A stretch of 64,000 nt of DNA, taken from assembly GCA_902525735.1 (NCBI GenBank), contig CABZIF010000005.1, forward strand, positions 25,919 to 89,918, written 5' to 3'. Below are positions 17,655 to 25,940 of the stretch, piece after piece; position 1 is the first letter of the stretch, and each line of letters begins with the position of its first letter. The notes under the pieces were generated by a model that was given only the letters and a program-made list of their open reading frames with translations, was not told where the DNA came from and did no database searches. Both the position numbers and the translations under genes were made by a program. The stretch comes from an uncultured SAR86 cluster bacterium. Lineage in GTDB: Bacteria > Pseudomonadota > Gammaproteobacteria > Magnimaribacterales > AG-339-G14.

Positions 17655-19523
17655 ATGAAAACTTTTGATAAACTTCCCGAGCATGAGCCATCTACTCCTT
17701 TATTAGATTCTTTAAAAACATTTGACGTCTTAAAAAATTTTTCTTCATCTGACCTTTCGTTACTCGCAGATGAAATAAGAGAATTTCTTTTATATTCAAC
17801 AAAACATTCAGGGGGGCATTTTGGCGCTGGACTAGGCGTGGTTGAACTAACAATAGCTTTGCATTACGTTTTTAACACCCCCAAAGATAAGATAGTTTGG
17901 GACGTTGGACACCAAGCCTATCCACATAAAATACTAACGGGGCGAAAAGGAAAAATGCTATCTATCAGACAAAAAAATGGCTTACATCCCTTTCCTTCTA
18001 GAGACGAAAGTGAATTTGATGCTTTTGGAGTTGGTCACTCTAGCACCTCAATTGGAGCTGCTTTAGGAATGAGTGTTGCAAACTCAACGAATAAATATAT
18101 TTCAGTGATTGGAGATGGAGCTATTACAGCTGGCATGGCTTATGAAGCAATGGCTCATGCTGGATCTATAGACAAAGATTTATTAGTTATTCTCAATGAT
18201 AATAATATGTCGATTTCAAATAATACTGGTGGAATATCTAATTATCTTGCAAAAATTTGGTCTAGCAGGTGGTATATACAAATTAGAGAAGGAGGCAAAT
18301 CTGTCTTAAGAATGATTCCATCTGCCAAGAGATTTGCCAAAAAAACTGAAACTCACATAAAGGGTTTTTTGTCTCCTGGTGCTCTATTTGAAGAATTGGG
18401 ATTCCAATATATTGGCCCAATGGACGGACATAACTTAAAAGATTTGGTAAGAACTTTAAAAAATATCAATGACCTTTCGGGTCCTGTTTTTTTACATTTA
18501 GTAACACAAAAAGGAAAAGGCTATCTTCCTGCGGAAAAAGAACCAATCAAGTTTCATGCCTTATCAAAGATCGAGTCCTCGTCAGGAAAAAATAAAGGGC
18601 CAAAGTATCAAGAAGTATTTGGAGAATGGTTGTGTGAAAAAGCTGAATCTGGTGATGAAAATTTAGTCGCAATAACTCCTGCTATGTCCGAAGGTTCTGG
18701 TATGACAGAATTTGCTCAAAGGTTTCCCCATCAGTTTTTCGATGTTGCAATTGCAGAACAGCACAGTATGACTTTTGCTGCTGGTTTGGCTTGTGAAGGC
18801 AAAAAGCCAGTTTTAGCTATTTACTCTACTTTTTTACAAAGGGCTTACGATCAGCTAATTCATGATGTAGCAATTCAAAACTTAGATATTCTTTTGGCAA
18901 TTGATAGAGCTGGATTTGTTGGAGAAGATGGCGCAACTCATGCAGGAATTTTTGATTTAACTTTTCTTAGATGTATTCCTAATCTTACTATTATGGTGCC
19001 AGCCAATGAAAATGAATGTTGGCAAATGTTAGAGTTTGGTTATTCTTTAAAAGGTCCGGTAGCTGTGAGATACCCCAGAGGCAATGCGCCTGGCGAGAAT
19101 ATCGAAAAAAATATTAAAACCATTGAATTTGGGAAAGCAAATATTCTTCAGTTAAAGGAGTCCTCAAGAGTCGCTATTCTGTCTTTTGGAAGTCTGTTAG
19201 ATATTTCTAAAAAAGTTGCAAATGAGATTGATGCGACTTTAGTGGATATGAGATTTGTTAAGCCATTAGATGAAAGTCTTCTTATAGAATTAAGTCATTC
19301 TCATGATTTATTTGTAACTGTAGAAGAAAATGTCATAGCAGGAGGAGCAGGTTCAGCTGTAAATGAATTTGTTAATGCGAATTCTTTATCAGTAATATTA
19401 TTGAATTTTGGTGTTCCCGATGAATTTCCAGTTGTTGGGTCTCCTGAAGATCAAAAGGAAGCTTCTAAACTAACCAAAGAAAACTTATTAACTAAAATAA
19501 AATCAAAATTATCCAAATTATAA
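17655..19523 (+). CDS. dxs: 1-deoxy-D-xylulose-5-phosphate synthase
   Basis: 622 aa with GHFGAGLGVVELTIALH, DVGHQAYPHKILTGR, and the TPP motif GDGAITAGMAYEAMAHAG. Confidence 0.96.
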   Translation: MKTFDKLPEHEPSTPLLDSLKTFDVLKNFSSSDLSLLADEIREFLLYSTKHSGGHFGAGLGVVELTIALHYVFNTPKDKIVWDVGHQAYPHKILTGRKGKMLSIRQKNGLHPFPSRDESEFDAFGVGHSSTSIGAALGMSVANSTNKYISVIGDGAITAGMAYEAMAHAGSIDKDLLVILNDNNMSISNNTGGISNYLAKIWSSRWYIQIREGGKSVLRMIPSAKRFAKKTETHIKGFLSPGALFEELGFQYIGPMDGHNLKDLVRTLKNINDLSGPVFLHLVTQKGKGYLPAEKEPIKFHALSKIESSSGKNKGPKYQEVFGEWLCEKAESGDENLVAITPAMSEGSGMTEFAQRFPHQFFDVAIAEQHSMTFAAGLACEGKKPVLAIYSTFLQRAYDQLIHDVAIQNLDILLAIDRAGFVGEDGATHAGIFDLTFLRCIPNLTIMVPANENECWQMLEFGYSLKGPVAVRYPRGNAPGENIEKNIKTIEFGKANILQLKESSRVAILSFGSLLDISKKVANEIDATLVDMRFVKPLDESLLIELSHSHDLFVTVEENVIAGGAGSAVNEFVNANSLSVILLNFGVPDEFPVVGSPEDQKEASKLTKENLLTKIKSKLSKL

Positions 19524-19992
19524 TTGCTGCATAAAGGCCTGCAACTAAGTCATCTAAAACTACCCCTAAATAATTTTTAATCTTTTTATCTATGACACCT
19601 ATGGGAAAAGGTTTCCAAATATCAAAAAGTCTAAATAGTAAAAAAGCTAAAATGGAATAAGTTAAAAAATCTTGCATCATAACTATTCCGCTCACCGGAA
19701 TAAAAGCTATCCACACTCCTGCCAATTCGTCTATGACAATAGATTTTTGATCTTTTTCATTCTCACCAAGCTCCTTAGTTGCAAAATAACAAGCCAAAAT
19801 GGCAGAAAGAACGATTACCAGTAATAAAAGATAAAAGAATTCTATATTTATTGATAAGTAAATATTTGTGTAAAAAAATAAAACTAAGCCGAAAAGAGAT
19901 CCCCAAGTTCCTGGCGCAAATGGTAAAAACCCAACGCCAAATAGAGTAGCAAATATGTGACTGGGTTTTAGTAAATTTGGAAACTTATCCAT
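19492..19992 (-). CDS. pgpA: Phosphatidylglycerophosphatase A
   Basis: 166-aa membrane protein with GFLPFAPGTWGS and DIWKPFPI motifs. It lies downstream of thiL, as in E. coli and Pseudomonas. Confidence 0.88.
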   Translation of the reverse strand: MDKFPNLLKPSHIFATLFGVGFLPFAPGTWGSLFGLVLFFYTNIYLSINIEFFYLLLLVIVLSAILACYFATKELGENEKDQKSIVIDELAGVWIAFIPVSGIVMMQDFLTYSILAFLLFRLFDIWKPFPIGVIDKKIKNYLGVVLDDLVAGLYAAIIIWIILILF

Positions 19993-20932
19993 TGAAATGA
20001 TTATAACCAGCTTTTTTTATGTTTATTTTTTTTCCTTTTGAAAGGACGGAAATACCATTACCCTTTTTGAGTTTACCTATATTGGTAATTTTTACTTTAT
20101 GTTTCTTCGAAATTTTGGTCAATTTCTTTAAATTTGAGGCACCAATAGTGAAGCAAAGCTGATAGTCATCTCCCCAGGTTATTGCTGTAATAGCATTTCC
20201 AATCAGAGGCACATTGTCTAGATTAATTTCTGCTTTTAGATTACTTTGGTCACAAATATGATTCAAATCTGCCATCAGTCCGTCAGAGATATCTATGCAA
20301 CTGTTGGCTATTCTAGATAGATCTTGGCTAAATAAAAAATCAATTTCAGGCTTTAAAAATCTTTTTAGGCAAATTTTTTCTTCGGACTTAAGGTTTTGTT
20401 TTTTTTGTTTCAGAAGATTGAGACCAATTGAGGCCTCCCCTAAATTACCTGTGACAAAAATTAAATCCTTTTCTTTGCCTCCATCTCTTCTCATGAAGTA
20501 TTTTTTATCAATTTCTCCACAAGCTCCAATTGAAACAGAAATTTCCTTTCCCAGAGTTAAATCACCGCCAATGATTGGTACTTTATAATAATCGGAAAAT
20601 TCTTTGATACCTTTTGAAAACTCTTCTAACCATTTTTTCTTTTTACTGTTCGCAGTTAAAGCAATAGAAAGCCATTTCAATTTTCCTCCGCATGCAGCAA
20701 TGTCACTTGCCGCCACAGCGCACGCTCTGTAGGCAATTAATTTAGGTTCTAAGTCTTTTGGAAAATGAACGTTTGCTACCGAGGTATCGGTTGAAAAAAT
20801 TAATTCTTTTTTTGTTTTGAACAGACCAGCGTCATCACCTGGTCCTATAAATAAATTCGAGGAATCAAAATATTGATTCCCCAAATTTTTAAAAACTTTT
20901 TTGAGTATTGAAAACTCATCCGAATCTTTCAT
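19985..20932 (-). CDS. thiL: Thiamine-monophosphate kinase
   Basis: AIR-synthase-related fold: GPGDDAGL, DTSVANVHF, IIGGDLT, DISDGL. Confidence 0.9.
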   Translation of the reverse strand: MKDSDEFSILKKVFKNLGNQYFDSSNLFIGPGDDAGLFKTKKELIFSTDTSVANVHFPKDLEPKLIAYRACAVAASDIAACGGKLKWLSIALTANSKKKKWLEEFSKGIKEFSDYYKVPIIGGDLTLGKEISVSIGACGEIDKKYFMRRDGGKEKDLIFVTGNLGEASIGLNLLKQKKQNLKSEEKICLKRFLKPEIDFLFSQDLSRIANSCIDISDGLMADLNHICDQSNLKAEINLDNVPLIGNAITAITWGDDYQLCFTIGASNLKKLTKISKKHKVKITNIGKLKKGNGISVLSKGKKINIKKAGYNHFNG

Positions 20933-20954
20933 AAAAGATACGGAACAAGTTCAA

Positions 20955-22148
20955 TTAGGCTTTGTAAGCTTCAAAAAGACCTGTTGCGCCCATACCACCA
21001 CCAACACACATAGTGACGATGCCGTATTTGCCGTCTCTTCGATTTAACTCTCTAGCTAAGTGTCCAACTTGTCTAGAGCCAGTCATGCCAAATGGATGAC
21101 CGATAGAAATTGAACCACCATTCACGTTTAGTTTGTCGCTAGGCAATTTGAGTTGATCTCGAATGTAAACAACCTGAGAAGCGAAAGCTTCGTTCAATTC
21201 CCATAAATCAATATCTTCGATTGATAAACCTGCTGATTTTAACAACTTAGGAATAGAATAAACTGGACCAATACCCATTTCGTCTGGCTGGCAACCTACG
21301 ACTGTAAAACCTCTAAAGTAAAGTTTTGGGGTAAGTCCAAGTTCCTTTGCCTTGTCTTCACTCATAACCAATGTAACAGATGCTCCGTCTGAAAGCTGAG
21401 AAGAGTTTCCAGCAGTCACAGATCCATTTTCAGGATCAAAAACCGGTTTCAAAGACTGCAGGCCTTCAATTGTAGTTTCAGGACGATTGCAATCGTCTTT
21501 ATCAACTGTCACTTCGACATCCTTTTCTTCGCCTGATTCTTTATTAACTAATTTCATTACTGTATCCATTGGAACAATTTCATCTGCATAAAGTCCTGCC
21601 TCTTGAGCGGCTGCTGTTCTTAATTGACTAGAAAGTGCGTATTCGTCTTGTGCCTCTCTAGTGACATCGTAACGCTTAGCAACACATTCGGCTGTTTGGC
21701 CCATAGCATGGTATATACCAGGCACGTCCGCAGCTAACTTATCATTCACATACATATGCATGTTGGTATTGCCTTGCGTAGTACTAATCGACTCCACTCC
21801 ACCGGCAATAATGCAATCTGAAAATCCACTTTGTACTTGGGTTGCTGCCATGGCAACGGTTTGTAACCCTGAAGAACAGTAACGATTGACTGTAGTACCG
21901 CCGACTTCGATTGGAAGGTTTGATAGTACTGCTACGTTTCTTGCAACGTTATGGCCTTGTGCCCCTTCTGGTGCCCCACAACCTAAAATCATATCTTCAA
22001 CTAGCGCTGGGTCTAGCCCAGGGTTTCTTTCTAGTAAGGCATTTACTAAGTGTGCGGTCATATCATCGGCACGAGTTTGGTTGAATCCTCCCCTAAAAGA
22101 CTTGGCTAATCCAGTTCGGACGCTATCTACTATTACTGCTGTTTTCAT
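20955..22148 (-). CDS. Acetyl-CoA C-acyltransferase (thiolase)
   Basis: Catalytic Cys motif NRYCSSGLQ, plus C-terminal GHPFGMTGSR and MCVGGGMG. AGGAGA Shine-Dalgarno upstream. Confidence 0.92.
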   Translation of the reverse strand: MKTAVIVDSVRTGLAKSFRGGFNQTRADDMTAHLVNALLERNPGLDPALVEDMILGCGAPEGAQGHNVARNVAVLSNLPIEVGGTTVNRYCSSGLQTVAMAATQVQSGFSDCIIAGGVESISTTQGNTNMHMYVNDKLAADVPGIYHAMGQTAECVAKRYDVTREAQDEYALSSQLRTAAAQEAGLYADEIVPMDTVMKLVNKESGEEKDVEVTVDKDDCNRPETTIEGLQSLKPVFDPENGSVTAGNSSQLSDGASVTLVMSEDKAKELGLTPKLYFRGFTVVGCQPDEMGIGPVYSIPKLLKSAGLSIEDIDLWELNEAFASQVVYIRDQLKLPSDKLNVNGGSISIGHPFGMTGSRQVGHLARELNRRDGKYGIVTMCVGGGMGATGLFEAYKA

Positions 22149-22238
22149 TTTTTCTCCTAAAATAATTTGTTTTAACTTTTATAAAACAGTCCTCGATTAT
22201 AAAGAATTTATGTCCTGTTTTCTATTCAATTTAAAAAA

Positions 22239-22258
22239 AGCCCTGTAGAAACAGGGCT
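22239..22258 (-). terminator. Rho-independent terminator downstream of the first TonB-dependent receptor
   Basis: Perfect 8-bp stem AGCCCTGT / ACAGGGCT with a 4-nt loop. On the minus strand it is followed by a T7 run. It lies 24 nt past the stop codon. Confidence 0.8.
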
Positions 22259-22281
22259 TTTTTGGGGGGGGTGTTTATAAG

Positions 22282-25200
22282 TTAGAAATCCATTGTTAGT
22301 TCAATACCAACAGTTCTAGGTTCACGATATTGCCAAGTTTGAAAATTTCCAGTGATATCAGTGGAGTTGTACTTGGTAGTCACGTTGTCTTCATCGGTAA
22401 GGTTCCTGGCGTAAGCTTTTATAGTCCAGTCGCCTTGCGCCGGAACATAAAGCAGTCCAAAGTTAATTTCATCCCAAGACTCAATCGTATCTGTCGCTAT
22501 CACATTATACTCTGTCGAGAACATATCACTTTGATAGTAATAAGTTAATGTTGGAACTAAAAGATCGCCATTACCTAAATTGACTTGATAGGTAGCGGTA
22601 AGGTTAATCGCTGTTTCAGGAGTTTGTGGTAACTCGTTGCCTTTAATAGGCGAGTTTAATCCAACAAACGTCGGAATATTATACAAACCTGCAGTTCCAG
22701 CAACATCAAACTTGTTACGGTCACCATAAGATGGGTAACTAGTTACTGTAGCTGTCGCTCCTGCAGCATTTGGTAGGCCTGTAATTTGCCCTAAACCACC
22801 AATCCAATCAGCAGCTGGAATGCTCTCATTTGCTGTACCAATTGCTGCCAAGGCTGTATTAAGGTCTGCTTTTTTAACTAAAAAAGCTGTTCCGATACAT
22901 GCTGCCGTAGCATCATATAAAAGAGCCGTACATCTCATTAAGTGATAATCGTTAGAAGGAGCACTTGTTCCAATAGCTAATTTGTTGAACGGGTTCAACC
23001 TTGAATCATCAGAAGTTATTTCAGAATCGATAAAAGAAAACATAAAATCAAATCTTAAATTATTATCCCAATCTGGTAAGTAAGCCAATTCTAATTCGGC
23101 ACCCATAATTTCAGCATCTGAATTAAAGTTATAGGTTGTTGCTGCAATTACTGAAGCCAACTGCAAGTTAGTGTAATCAGTGAAATATGCTGAAGCATTA
23201 AGCCTTAGTTGACCATCCATTAAGTCGGTTTTCACACCCACTTCAAAAGTATCGGATTCTTCCTCTTCTGTTTTAGAAGGAATGTCAATACAAGTCGCAG
23301 CGTCTCCAGCGACCCAAGCCTTACCACCCGAAGATCCAGCCGAACAAGGTCTGTAGATTCTTGGGTTGAAAGCCGGGTTCACACCAGCTGGCTTAACTCC
23401 TCTTGCGAAAGACGCATAAAACATTGAATTATCATCGTACTGCCAATCAAAGACCACACGACCAGAGACAGTTTCATAATCGAATTTATCAGTATTCAAA
23501 GCTGGCCACCCATTTTTACGATAATCTAGATCTGCTACGTACATTGAACGAACCGTAGAAAGTGTAGTTACAGAAGTAAGCATCGCTCCTGCAGCAGCAG
23601 TCGTAGCAGCTGTTGCAGCAGCAGTCGCAGCTGCGTCAGCAGCTATTAAAGCATTATTCGTTGGATCTGCAGCTAAGGCAGTTGCAGCAGCTGTTGCAGC
23701 AGCAGTTGCAGCAGCGGAAGCTGTAGCAGCTGTTACATAAGTAGCAGCTTGAGTGTTCAAGGCAGCTGTAATATCAGTTCCGTCAATGTCCTTCATAGCT
23801 TGTAGAACTTCGATAGCAGATTCGTTACAAAAGTTTCCGCCGGCAGATAAACCCGCAATTCCAGAAGCTGACGGAACACAAGAGGTCAGAGATGCATGAA
23901 CTAAATAAGCATCACCATTGGTTGGCCACCCGAAGTTGGCTTGACCAATTGCTGCTAATTGAGCACCGTAAGCACCGCTATTATAGTCTCTACCCATATT
24001 ATAAGTTGACCTAAAAGTGTCAATATTTTTCTCTTCATCAGCCCATCTAGCACCAACGGTTAATTTCATGTCGTCGTTGATTTGATAGTAATACTCACCA
24101 AACACTCCAAACGCGTCTAGATCATACGAACCCGCTGTTCCAAAAGTTTTAGGGTAATAACTCGCCGCTGGTGCCAACATTGACAATGGCGAGCTTGCTG
24201 TTAAGAATCTAGCAGTGGATTCAATTTCAAAAGTGTTTACTCCGAATAAAAAGTTATGCGGACCGTCAAAATCAGAATTGAACTTCATTTCATAATAACG
24301 AGTTTGCCTTTCGCCAGTGTTACCGTCGATGAAAGCTGTTCTGTTATAGTTTTTGACTAAAAGATATTTATCTTGTTCTAAAACCGATAAATTACCAGCA
24401 ATTTCTTCAGCAATAGTTGGCCCTCTGACCCCTCTATAGCCACCGACAGCAATATTCATTAGATTAAAGACTCCACCAGAGGCATTATCAGTAGCACTTG
24501 CACAAACACCCGATCCGTCGTTTAACACAACATTACCTGCAGCATTTTTACAACCAATTCTTGGGCCGACAGCCATATCGGTATCAGCCCTATTGTAATA
24601 ATTGGAATCTTGCAAAGTGGCGTTAAAAGATAACGTACCTGCATCAAGATCATGAGAAATAAGCAATTGAGTTAAGTCAGAATCAACTTCCCAAATTGGA
24701 ACAAAATCTACATGAGTTTGTCCCCTTTGCATATTGGCAGGTCTTATTGAGTTATCAGCACTTGAAAGCAAGCCAGATGCTATGTAAGCATCAATGTTCG
24801 CACCAGCTGGAGCAATACCTAATAAAGCAGCTGCGATGATTCCATCATAAGTTCCCGCTGGGTTAGCTTGTTCTCTTTTTTGTCCTCCAAAAACACAACC
24901 ACGATCGGGTGTAGGACTATTTTCACAAATATAATCTCCTTTCAGAGCTCTCGTACTGTCTTCGTTATAGACTTCATGATTAAAATCAATTCTTGTTTGA
25001 TCATTTTCCCAGGCTAAGGAAAGACGAGCAGAATTTTGGTCACGACCGTCATAACCAGTGTCGGGTAAAAATAAATTATCGATGTAACCATCTCTTTGAA
25101 GTGCATACCCAGCAAATCTTGCAGACAACTGATCAGTAATCGATAGGTTTGCCATGTATTCTAATTTCTGAGTATTATAATTACCTGCTGTGACTTTAAC

Positions 25201-25689
25201 TCTCCCGTAATCTTCACCAAGTTCTGCTTTGTTGTTAATCACGTTAATCGATCCAGCTGTAGTTCCTCTTCCGAAAAGCGTTCCTTGTGGACCCCTAAGA
25301 ATCTCTATTCTTTCTACATCATAATTTTCAACTCCGATTCCGGAAGTAGTAATTGTTCCATCATTAATGTGATAAGACACGGAGCCATCAAATGAATCAC
25401 CTGTGGATAGATTACCTATTCCACGAATGTTGATTGAAGATCCACTGAAATTAGTTTGTCCAAAATTCAATCCTGGTACATTCAACTGCAAGTCAGAAAA
25501 TGTTATAACTTGTTTAGTATCTAGATCGTCACTTGACAAAGCCGTAACCGCAATTGGTACATCCTGCAAACTTTGCTCGGTACGTTGCGCTGTGACAATT
25601 ACTTCTTCTAAAGAAGCTTGAGCAAAAGCAGGAACTTGGAAGCCCATTACCAATGCACTAGTTATAGAAAGTTTGATTAATTTATTCAT
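22282..25689 (-). CDS. TonB-dependent outer-membrane receptor, unusually large (1135 aa)
   Basis: Signal peptide ending AFA-QA, plug start SLEEVIVTAQRTEQSLQDVPIAV, IEILRGPQGTLFGRG, and a C-terminal barrel strand ending ELTMDF. GGGAGGAG Shine-Dalgarno upstream. Confidence 0.9.
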   Translation of the reverse strand: MNKLIKLSITSALVMGFQVPAFAQASLEEVIVTAQRTEQSLQDVPIAVTALSSDDLDTKQVITFSDLQLNVPGLNFGQTNFSGSSINIRGIGNLSTGDSFDGSVSYHINDGTITTSGIGVENYDVERIEILRGPQGTLFGRGTTAGSINVINNKAELGEDYGRVKVTAGNYNTQKLEYMANLSITDQLSARFAGYALQRDGYIDNLFLPDTGYDGRDQNSARLSLAWENDQTRIDFNHEVYNEDSTRALKGDYICENSPTPDRGCVFGGQKREQANPAGTYDGIIAAALLGIAPAGANIDAYIASGLLSSADNSIRPANMQRGQTHVDFVPIWEVDSDLTQLLISHDLDAGTLSFNATLQDSNYYNRADTDMAVGPRIGCKNAAGNVVLNDGSGVCASATDNASGGVFNLMNIAVGGYRGVRGPTIAEEIAGNLSVLEQDKYLLVKNYNRTAFIDGNTGERQTRYYEMKFNSDFDGPHNFLFGVNTFEIESTARFLTASSPLSMLAPAASYYPKTFGTAGSYDLDAFGVFGEYYYQINDDMKLTVGARWADEEKNIDTFRSTYNMGRDYNSGAYGAQLAAIGQANFGWPTNGDAYLVHASLTSCVPSASGIAGLSAGGNFCNESAIEVLQAMKDIDGTDITAALNTQAATYVTAATASAAATAAATAAATALAADPTNNALIAADAAATAAATAATTAAAGAMLTSVTTLSTVRSMYVADLDYRKNGWPALNTDKFDYETVSGRVVFDWQYDDNSMFYASFARGVKPAGVNPAFNPRIYRPCSAGSSGGKAWVAGDAATCIDIPSKTEEEESDTFEVGVKTDLMDGQLRLNASAYFTDYTNLQLASVIAATTYNFNSDAEIMGAELELAYLPDWDNNLRFDFMFSFIDSEITSDDSRLNPFNKLAIGTSAPSNDYHLMRCTALLYDATAACIGTAFLVKKADLNTALAAIGTANESIPAADWIGGLGQITGLPNAAGATATVTSYPSYGDRNKFDVAGTAGLYNIPTFVGLNSPIKGNELPQTPETAINLTATYQVNLGNGDLLVPTLTYYYQSDMFSTEYNVIATDTIESWDEINFGLLYVPAQGDWTIKAYARNLTDEDNVTTKYNSTDITGNFQTWQYREPRTVGIELTMDF
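23588..23750 (-). repeat. GCA/GCT-rich low-complexity tract encoding an Ala/Thr run inside the receptor
   Basis: Encodes ...TAATASAAATAAATAAATALAADPTNNALIAADAAATAAATAATTAAAGA... It contains two near-identical about 27-nt units (gctgttgcagcagcagtYgcagc) about 80 nt apart. The tract is absent from the paralog. Confidence 0.85.
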
Positions 25690-25900
25690 GTACTCCTCCC
25701 TGAGTATTAAATATCGAGGAGAATTACGTGAATTTTTAGTTTCAGTCCTTTGAAATCGGTCTGGATAAACAGATTACTCTATTTAAAGCTCTCCCCTTTA
25801 TGTTATATAAACAAAAAGTATAGTAATGGAGAAGCGAAATCGTCAGACATTGTGTCGTATATTTTTACATTGCTAAAAAAACTTTCAGTTGCCAAAAAAA

Positions 25901-25920
25901 ACCCCCGTCAAAACGGGGGT
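25901..25920 (-). terminator. Rho-independent terminator downstream of the second TonB-dependent receptor
   Basis: Perfect 8-bp stem ACCCCCGT / ACGGGGGT with a 4-nt loop. On the minus strand it is followed by a T8 run. It lies 21 nt past the stop codon. Confidence 0.85.
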
Positions 25921-25940
25921 TTTTTTAAACCGATAATAGA

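Noticed and set aside
22264-22271. A second G8 homopolymer next to the receptor terminator.
   Set aside because: It is intergenic with no reading frame to disturb. It was noted only because G8 runs are rare here, and there is no evidence of function.
25690-25940. A Fur box or iron regulation of the receptor genes (also checked at 29418..29698).
   Set aside because: Only isolated GATAAT fragments are present. Nothing resembles the 19-bp GATAATGATAATCATTATC palindrome.
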